Assembly: GCA_027001995.1 (NCBI GenBank)
Contig: JALTLO010000045.1
Location: 1-23,307, forward strand
DNA from: Planctomycetota bacterium
GTDB lineage: Bacteria > Planctomycetota > GCA-002687715 > DRQF01
Length of the DNA: 23,307 nucleotides
Direction of reading: 5' to 3'
Shown: positions 17,031 to 23,307 of the stretch, piece by piece
Layout: each line of letters opens with the position of its first letter
How positions within the stretch are numbered: position 1 is the stretch's first letter
Translations under genes and position numbers: made by a program
Notes under the pieces: generated by a model
Told to the model about the DNA's origin: nothing
The model's input: only the letters and a program-made list of their open reading frames with translations
Database searches by the model: none

Positions 17031-17402
17031 CGCCATCTCGGAGGCTCTTTGTCTACAATTGCGGCTCTTGCACTGTCGTCTTTTGCGACATTCCCTCAGC
17101 GACTTTTCTACAAATCCAACACCTCTCCTCGTTGACTCCTAACTCTATGTTTACGGACCGTTTAGGGTCTTATTCATGAGCGACCTGGCCTGTTTCGTGG
17201 ATGTTCATGAGCTAGGAATTTACTTTTATTCAAAACAGTTGGGTGGAGCTCTCAAGGCGACAGCCAGTTCTTACCGATCAGCAGTTCGGACGAAGGAAGA
17301 AGAAGCACCTTTTGCATTGGCCAGCGATTTATCGCGGCCGGTGTCGTCGTGGGTGCTGTTACCTCGTGCGCTACTGAACCGCTGCTAATGAGGATTGGGT
17401 AT

Positions 17403-20400
17403 ATGAACCACACCAAAAGCACTGTCTTGGTGACAAAGAGTCATCAGGTCATTACGAACACTCGAACGCATACAGGAAGAGTATTCTTCTTGTTGCTGGC
17501 AACCGTATTTACGTTGCTTACCGCCTGTGGCGGGAGCGGAGGGGGCGATAGCGTCTCTGGAGGCATCGCAGCTCCACTCTCCGCTGGGATCGATGAAGAT
17601 CTACAACGAAACCCCGCAAATGTGATCAATGCAGCCAACGCCACTTCGGTTGAAATCGAAGTCGCCTTTGGTCCTGATGTGTCACCAGGGGATACGTTTG
17701 AAGTTACCTTAACGGATGGAACGAATACAGTTACGGCTTCGGGTGTCGCAATTGCGAATGGCACTGTTGCCGTCGGCCCCATCGACGCGTCGTCATTGAA
17801 CGACGGACCAATCGAACTTTTGGTCACTGTGTCTAATGGCGCCAATAGTGCGACCACGTCGTATGGTTTCGTTCTCTCCAAGGACACGACGGCGCCTGAG
17901 CCTGCAACAATGGTGCAGCTCCCGGCGACCACTTCGAGTCCAGCGGATACAGTTAACCTGAACAATCAAGCTGACCTAGCGGTGAATGTGAGTTTCGCCT
18001 CTACCGCGTCTGCCGCTGATCTGGTGAGCCTGTTGGCAACCGATGGTTCTGGGATGATTCAATCTGTTGCCCAGAATGTGATTCCCGGTGGCACCAATGC
18101 CTTCACTGGGTTTGATGTTTCCGGATTGATCGACGGACCTATCACCATTTCTGCCGTGACTGCGGATGCAGCTGAGAACTCTTCCAACACCGGGCTTCCT
18201 GCTGTGAAGGACACAACCGTGCCCACAGTTACTTTGGCACGCTTGAATGCCACAGCCCAAAACCCAGCGAATGTGGTGAACGGGCTGACCGAAACAGCAC
18301 CGGTTGTCGACATTCTCATTGATGCTGCGGCCATCGCTGGTGATATGCTCGCTCTTCGTGCCACCGACGAATCAGGCAAGATGCTTGAATCGGCGGCCCA
18401 GCAAGCTCCTGTTGGCGGTGGTGCTGTTGCCTTCTCTGGGTTGGATGTCAGTCCCTTTGACGATGGCGACATCACATTCGAAGTCGTTGTCAGCGATGTC
18501 GCTGGGAACAGCGTTCCACAAGCTGCGTTCACCGCGTCGAAAGACACGATCGTTTCCGAAATTGATGGCGCGTTCGTGCTGACTATCCCAGGTGAGCAAA
18601 CAACAACAATCAATGCCTCCAACGCAAATAATGTCCTCACCGGAATAACCTTCCGCGTTGGTGTGAATACGAATGATGTTGAGCAGGTCCAAGTGGCTTT
18701 GACGTCAGGCGGTACTACCGTGACATCGTCAAAAATCAAGATTTCCCAAGGAATCGAAAGCTACGATTTCGCTCCTTTCGATGCTTCTGCATTGCCAGAT
18801 GGAACATACACCTTGAGTGCAATTATCGAGGACGATTCGGGCAACCGAGTTTCCTTCTCTGGTACTGGTGGCATTGTTGATCTGAGTGGGCCCCAGGGGA
18901 TTAGCTCAGCGTTTATTCCAGTGACCGGTCAGAATCCTCTGAACACGGTCAACAGCTTGTCTCAGACCGGTGCCTCTGTTGAAGTCAATTTCTTGGCCGA
19001 CCCGAATCCGCGAACAGCTACGGTTCAACTCTCCGACGGTACAACTACTGTCAAGAGCGCCTCGCAGTCGATCCCGACTGGTGGGGGCACAGTTGTTTTC
19101 GGTGGTCTTAACGTCCAAGGTCTGACGGACGGCAGTCTCGCATTGACTGTGACGACTCAGGATCTCGGTGGCAACGCAACGACTGAGTCCGGCACGAGTG
19201 GTTTCAAGGACACAGCTCTTTCGCTGCCTACCAGCGCTCGTTTGGCAGACTTCGGTACGCTTCAGAATGTGGTGAATGCCTCCAATGTCACGAATTTGTC
19301 TTTCACTGTTCAACTTGGTTCCAATGTGAATCCTGGCGATTCCTATGTGATGCAGGTTTTTGACGCCACCATGTCGGCCGTTTCAACTCCGCAAAGTGGG
19401 TTCGACGGCGGTGTTTTGGTGTTCTCCGTGGATGCTTCAGCTCTTAGTGACGGCGCCATCGGATACAATGTGATCGTGAGCGACCTTGCTGGGAACTCGG
19501 GAGTTTCGACTCCGATTTCGGCGCAGAAAGATGTGGTCGCTCCCGCGAATCCGATGTCTGCGACGATCGCTGCCACAGCGAACAATCCTCAAGACACAAT
19601 CACTCAAAACTCAGAGAACGCCGTCCAGATCGATGTGATCTTCGGTGCGTCTTCTGTGGTTGGCGATACTTTTGTTGCCAATCTTTTTAACGCTGATGGC
19701 TCTATCGTGAGCAGCGCGATCACAGCTATTAGCTCGGCACCTGGAAGTGCGAAAGTCATCGTTGACGCCAGCACCTTGAATGATGGCACTGTTTTCTTGC
19801 GCATCGATACTGTTGATGCGGTTGGGAACAGCATCTCTTTTAACGGCACAGCAGGGGTGATGGATACTCAAGCTCCAAACGCTGTTGGGGGTATGATCAA
19901 AGCGACGAGCGTCAACGCCGTTCATGTGATCAATTCTTCAAGCCAGGTCTTGGTGAAACTTGAGGCGAATCTACCTTCTGACATCACACTGGGCTACACC
20001 GCGTCAATGAGTCTTGTTGGCGGCGGTGTGACACTCACGACTGCCACAGCACCTATTCCTCCCAAGGGCGGATTGATGGAGTTTGTTGTTCCAGGCGACA
20101 GTTTGCCCGATGGGCCCATTGCCGTTTTGGTTCATGTTCTCGAGGATGCTACTGGCAACATGACCACGACATCCGGGACTCCTGGTATCAAAGATACCGT
20201 CAAGCCGACTGCTCCCGATGCTATCGCTTTGGTGCCATCGTCGAGCACAGCTCCTGGGTTCATCAACAGTGCCACTCAAGGGAACACCAGTGTTTCAGTG
20301 ACTTATGGTGCTTACTATGATGGGACAGAGACGTTGGTTCTCACTTTGAATTCTGGGGCGTCGAGCGCAACCGGTGGTTCATTGACGGCTCAGGCTGGCT

Positions 20401-23307
20401 CAGCGACTTCAGTCTTCTCTGGTATCGACGCCAGTCCTTTGGAGGAAGGCAATGTTACCGGAACGATCCTGGTCCGGGATGCGGCCGGAAATGAAGAAAG
20501 TGCCACTTTCGCCTTGGGATCTAAGGATACTCAGATTCCCGAACTGCCATTCGTGTTTAACTCTCTGGCGACGAGCACAGCACCTCTTAACACGATCACT
20601 CTTGACAACTATACTTCCGCGACGCTGAGGGCTGCCCGAGTTCCTGGAATGGAGGCAGACTTGCAGATTGCGGTTTCTGTTACTGATGGCCTGAACGTTG
20701 TGTCCCTGCCCGTCTTGACGGTCGTTGACCCAGCAGTCGACCTGCTTTTCAGTAATGTTGATCTTTCGAGCCTGAATGACGGCACTTTGACTATCAGTGC
20801 CGTGGTGACTGACTTGGCTTTGAACACGCGCAGCGTATCAGCCGGTAGTCTCACCAAGGATGCGACTGCTCCTGTTTCGCCTACCGTTGCCTTGGTTGCC
20901 TCTGGGACTTCCAATCCTGTAGACTTCGCGAACACGGCCTCTGTCGGATCAGTTGTGGTCCAGGTCGCATTTGCAGCGAAGAGCGAATCGGCGGACGGGG
21001 TCGTTCTGGTTTTCTCCGACGGCGTTAATGTCATTCGTACCCCATCCGTCAGTGCTCCTGTTGGTGCAGGGCTGGTGAACTACTCGGGTATTGATCTCAG
21101 CGGCTTGGCGGAGGGGCCATTCACTTTGACCGTCGAAGTGACTGATCCACTTGGCAACAAGGTTTCATTTGTTGGCAATCCTGCGACCAAAGATACGGTT
21201 GCGCCAATTTTGCCAACAGCTTTGAACGTCGCTGCCGGGGCTAACAACTCCTTGAACTTCATTAGTCAAGGATCTGAAACCGCTGTGATCGTTGAGGCAA
21301 CATGGCCTGCGACAGCCACTGGAAATGAGGCTGCAGTGATCGATATCGCTGGCATCTTAAGCGGTTCAGTTGCCGCTCCTGCCGGTGGTGGAGCAGTTAC
21401 TTTCCCAGCCATGGACATTTCAGCCGTGGCAGATGGAACACTCTCTCTTTCGGCCACTGTGACTGAGCCATCTGGAAATACAGCGCTTATTGTGGGTATC
21501 TTGCCAGTTAAAGACACGGTTGCGCCAACAGCTCCATCGACTGCTTCAGTTGCAGCCGGTGCCAGCAATGGGCCGAATGTGATCAATAGTACCACGGCAT
21601 CTTCCGTTATGGTTGATGTTGTTTGGTCGGCTGGGGCCGATCCTCTGGATCAAGCCCAGGTCACTTTGAGTGACGGGAGCAATCAGAACTCCAGCATCAT
21701 GCTTGCTGCGAATCCTGGAATGACTGTGACTTACGCCGTTGATGCTTCCATGCTGAACGACGGCGCTGTTTCCGTTACGGTCAATATCGTTGACCTTGCG
21801 GGAAATACCACAGCATTCAATGGGGCTGCTGCATTGAAGGATATTGTGGCTCCGACGTTGCCAACAGCAGCTTTGGTTGCCATGGGCGGCGGCAATGATC
21901 CAAGCGTGATCAATACCAGCAGTGAAGCGACTGTTCAGGTCGACGTAACTTGGCCAGCAAGCGCAGATGCTGCTGATACAGCAACGATTAGTTTGAGCGA
22001 CGGTGGCAATCCTCTTGTTACCTCTGCCTCTTTGTCTGTCAATCCAGGGGCCACGGTGAGTTACACCGTCAATGCTTCATCGTTGGCGGACGGGAATATT
22101 TCATTGACCGTCGATGTGACGGATGCCAACGGCAATACCGGGGCGTTCACAGGAACGGCGTCGTTGAAGGATACAGTGGCCCCCATTGCCCCCACCGCTT
22201 CGGCGATTGCCGCTGGGGCTGGAAACGCCGCTGACATTATCAACATCAGCAATGAGGGCTCAGTTCAGCTGAATGTTACTTGGCCAGCAGGGGCAGATGC
22301 CACTGATACTTTCACTGTTGAACTGAGTGATGGCGTCAATAATCCGAGCTCGACCTCGATAGCCGTCGTGCCAGGTACGACCATGACCGTCAATATCGAT
22401 GGAACGACCCTCAATGAAGGGGCCATCGCAGTCACAGTCAATACCAGCGACACGTCACGGAATTCCAGTGTGTTTGTCGGTACAGCTGGCACCAAGGACA
22501 CGGTTGTTCCCGGCAACCCAACAAGTACGGTGGTGGCAAGCGGTGCAGGAAATGCTCTCAGCGTCATCAACGTAAGTTCGGTGGCCGCGGTTCAAGTGGA
22601 TGTGGTTTGGCCAGTAGGAGCGGATGCCACGGATGCGGCGACAATCAGTTTGAGCGACGGTACTAACTCCGTGACCTCATCCCCAATTGCCGCGAACCCC
22701 GGTGCAACTGTCAGCTACACAGTCGATGCATCTTCCTTGAACGATGGCAGCTTGTCGTTGACAGCGAATTTGGTGGATGCCAATGGCAACACCGCCAGCT
22801 TTGCTGGAACCGCTGCCACCAAGGACACCGTTGCGCCAACAGCTCCTACTTCTGGTGCTGTGGCTCTGACGGGTTCTAACCCAGCTGACTTCATCAACAT
22901 CGCAACAGAAGCCGCTGTTCAGATTGATTTGATCTGGCCTGCGGGTGCTGATGCCACGGACACAGCTACTGTTTCCATGGATGACTCCACGAACCCTGTG
23001 GTCACCTCTGGTTCCATGGCTGTTAACCCTGGGGCAACAGTGAGCTACACAGTTGACTCCAGCACCTTGGCTGAAGGCGCTATCGCCATCAGCGCAACAA
23101 TCACCGACACGAACGGCAATACCACGAGCTTCTCGGGTACGGCTGCTACCAAGGACACCGTTGCGCCAACTCAGCCGACTGCTGCCGCTGTCAACTCCGG
23201 TGCCATGAACAGCGCTGATATCATCAATGAGAACAATGAAACCTCAGTGATGATTGATGTGACATGGCCTGCAGGTGCCAGTGCTTCGGATTCCGCCATC
23301 GTGCGCT
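17403..23307 (+). CDS. Giant surface lipoprotein / adhesin with tandem bacterial Ig-like repeats, partial (open at the right edge)
   Basis: Absent from the ORF track, consistent with no in-frame stop in the window. Manual translation from ATG 17403: MNHTKST...GRVFFLLLATVFTLLTA|CGGSGGGDS (lipobox Cys at 17526), then about 110-aa T/A/V/S/G/D-rich units with NxIN, LSDG, DxSxLxDG, DxAGN and KDTxAP motifs in one frame for 1,968 codons. Confidence 0.92.
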   Translation, partial: MNHTKSTVLVTKSHQVITNTRTHTGRVFFLLLATVFTLLTACGGSGGGDSVSGGIAAPLSAGIDEDLQRNPANVINAANATSVEIEVAFGPDVSPGDTFEVTLTDGTNTVTASGVAIANGTVAVGPIDASSLNDGPIELLVTVSNGANSATTSYGFVLSKDTTAPEPATMVQLPATTSSPADTVNLNNQADLAVNVSFASTASAADLVSLLATDGSGMIQSVAQNVIPGGTNAFTGFDVSGLIDGPITISAVTADAAENSSNTGLPAVKDTTVPTVTLARLNATAQNPANVVNGLTETAPVVDILIDAAAIAGDMLALRATDESGKMLESAAQQAPVGGGAVAFSGLDVSPFDDGDITFEVVVSDVAGNSVPQAAFTASKDTIVSEIDGAFVLTIPGEQTTTINASNANNVLTGITFRVGVNTNDVEQVQVALTSGGTTVTSSKIKISQGIESYDFAPFDASALPDGTYTLSAIIEDDSGNRVSFSGTGGIVDLSGPQGISSAFIPVTGQNPLNTVNSLSQTGASVEVNFLADPNPRTATVQLSDGTTTVKSASQSIPTGGGTVVFGGLNVQGLTDGSLALTVTTQDLGGNATTESGTSGFKDTALSLPTSARLADFGTLQNVVNASNVTNLSFTVQLGSNVNPGDSYVMQVFDATMSAVSTPQSGFDGGVLVFSVDASALSDGAIGYNVIVSDLAGNSGVSTPISAQKDVVAPANPMSATIAATANNPQDTITQNSENAVQIDVIFGASSVVGDTFVANLFNADGSIVSSAITAISSAPGSAKVIVDASTLNDGTVFLRIDTVDAVGNSISFNGTAGVMDTQAPNAVGGMIKATSVNAVHVINSSSQVLVKLEANLPSDITLGYTASMSLVGGGVTLTTATAPIPPKGGLMEFVVPGDSLPDGPIAVLVHVLEDATGNMTTTSGTPGIKDTVKPTAPDAIALVPSSSTAPGFINSATQGNTSVSVTYGAYYDGTETLVLTLNSGASSATGGSLTAQAGSATSVFSGIDASPLEEGNVTGTILVRDAAGNEESATFALGSKDTQIPELPFVFNSLATSTAPLNTITLDNYTSATLRAARVPGMEADLQIAVSVTDGLNVVSLPVLTVVDPAVDLLFSNVDLSSLNDGTLTISAVVTDLALNTRSVSAGSLTKDATAPVSPTVALVASGTSNPVDFANTASVGSVVVQVAFAAKSESADGVVLVFSDGVNVIRTPSVSAPVGAGLVNYSGIDLSGLAEGPFTLTVEVTDPLGNKVSFVGNPATKDTVAPILPTALNVAAGANNSLNFISQGSETAVIVEATWPATATGNEAAVIDIAGILSGSVAAPAGGGAVTFPAMDISAVADGTLSLSATVTEPSGNTALIVGILPVKDTVAPTAPSTASVAAGASNGPNVINSTTASSVMVDVVWSAGADPLDQAQVTLSDGSNQNSSIMLAANPGMTVTYAVDASMLNDGAVSVTVNIVDLAGNTTAFNGAAALKDIVAPTLPTAALVAMGGGNDPSVINTSSEATVQVDVTWPASADAADTATISLSDGGNPLVTSASLSVNPGATVSYTVNASSLADGNISLTVDVTDANGNTGAFTGTASLKDTVAPIAPTASAIAAGAGNAADIINISNEGSVQLNVTWPAGADATDTFTVELSDGVNNPSSTSIAVVPGTTMTVNIDGTTLNEGAIAVTVNTSDTSRNSSVFVGTAGTKDTVVPGNPTSTVVASGAGNALSVINVSSVAAVQVDVVWPVGADATDAATISLSDGTNSVTSSPIAANPGATVSYTVDASSLNDGSLSLTANLVDANGNTASFAGTAATKDTVAPTAPTSGAVALTGSNPADFINIATEAAVQIDLIWPAGADATDTATVSMDDSTNPVVTSGSMAVNPGATVSYTVDSSTLAEGAIAISATITDTNGNTTSFSGTAATKDTVAPTQPTAAAVNSGAMNSADIINENNETSVMIDVTWPAGASASDSAIVR
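17600..23307 (+). repeat. Tandem ~330-nt (107-112 aa) Ig-like domain repeats, 17 complete plus 1 partial
   Basis: KDT/KDV-like linker codons recur in frame at about 17880, 18207, 18540, 18876, 19206, 19527, 19860, 20190, 20523, 20856, 21189, 21510, 21837, 22167, 22494, 22821 and 23151. An identical 23-mer ACCAAGGACACCGTTGCGCCAAC occurs at 22818 and 23148. Confidence 0.9.

Noticed and set aside
16830..17036. 68-aa minus-strand ORF (MASRVIVGY...)
   Set aside because: It runs through the strong terminator at 16877-16911, has no clear RBS and no protein-like features. An RNA explanation fits better.
17176..17388. 70-aa plus-strand ORF upstream of the giant gene
   Set aside because: No recognisable motif or convincing RBS; it is probably promoter or leader sequence. 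A small protein cannot be fully excluded.
17444..22900. Numerous 60-226 aa minus-strand ORFs and the plus-strand ORF at 18304-18582
   Set aside because: They are antisense or out-of-frame shadows of the single giant Ig-repeat gene, and their periodic similarity mirrors its repeats.
17600..23307. CRISPR, DGR or shufflon interpretation of the repeats
   Set aside because: The period is about 330 nt, in frame and diverged at synonymous sites. There are no spacers, cas genes, reverse transcriptase or recombinase in the window.

Overview
Chromosomal-looking bacterial window with no visible mobile element, CRISPR array, rRNA or tRNA. The gene content suggests Planctomycetota or a relative; this is inference only. 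From left to right: (1) a minus-strand surface-glycan cluster (Wzx flippase, GT2, membrane metallophosphoesterase with atypical metal motifs, UDP-galactopyranose-mutase-like flavoprotein, two GT4s, the last running off the left edge); (2) a lipoprotein fusing a redoxin (CxxC), a c-type cytochrome (CxxCH) and a copper type II monooxygenase-like domain that appears to keep all six Cu ligands; (3) a two-gene AhpD/CMD + ArsS-like radical SAM unit with no arsM in the window; (4) cNMP-binding/DUF4388, DAO-family oxidoreductase, DUF695/RraB-like, rsmE and CBS genes; (5) an orphan beta-class DNA methyltransferase fused to a degenerate thermonuclease-like domain; (6) a giant lipoprotein (>1,968 aa, open to the right edge, absent from the ORF track) made of at least 17 Ig-like repeats of about 110 aa. 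Two intergenic regions (about 11420-11540 and 16877-17030) each show, on the minus strand, a stem-loop exposing a UUCCCC-type motif upstream of an intrinsic terminator. The second has no credible protein gene to terminate and is a candidate unannotated sRNA.
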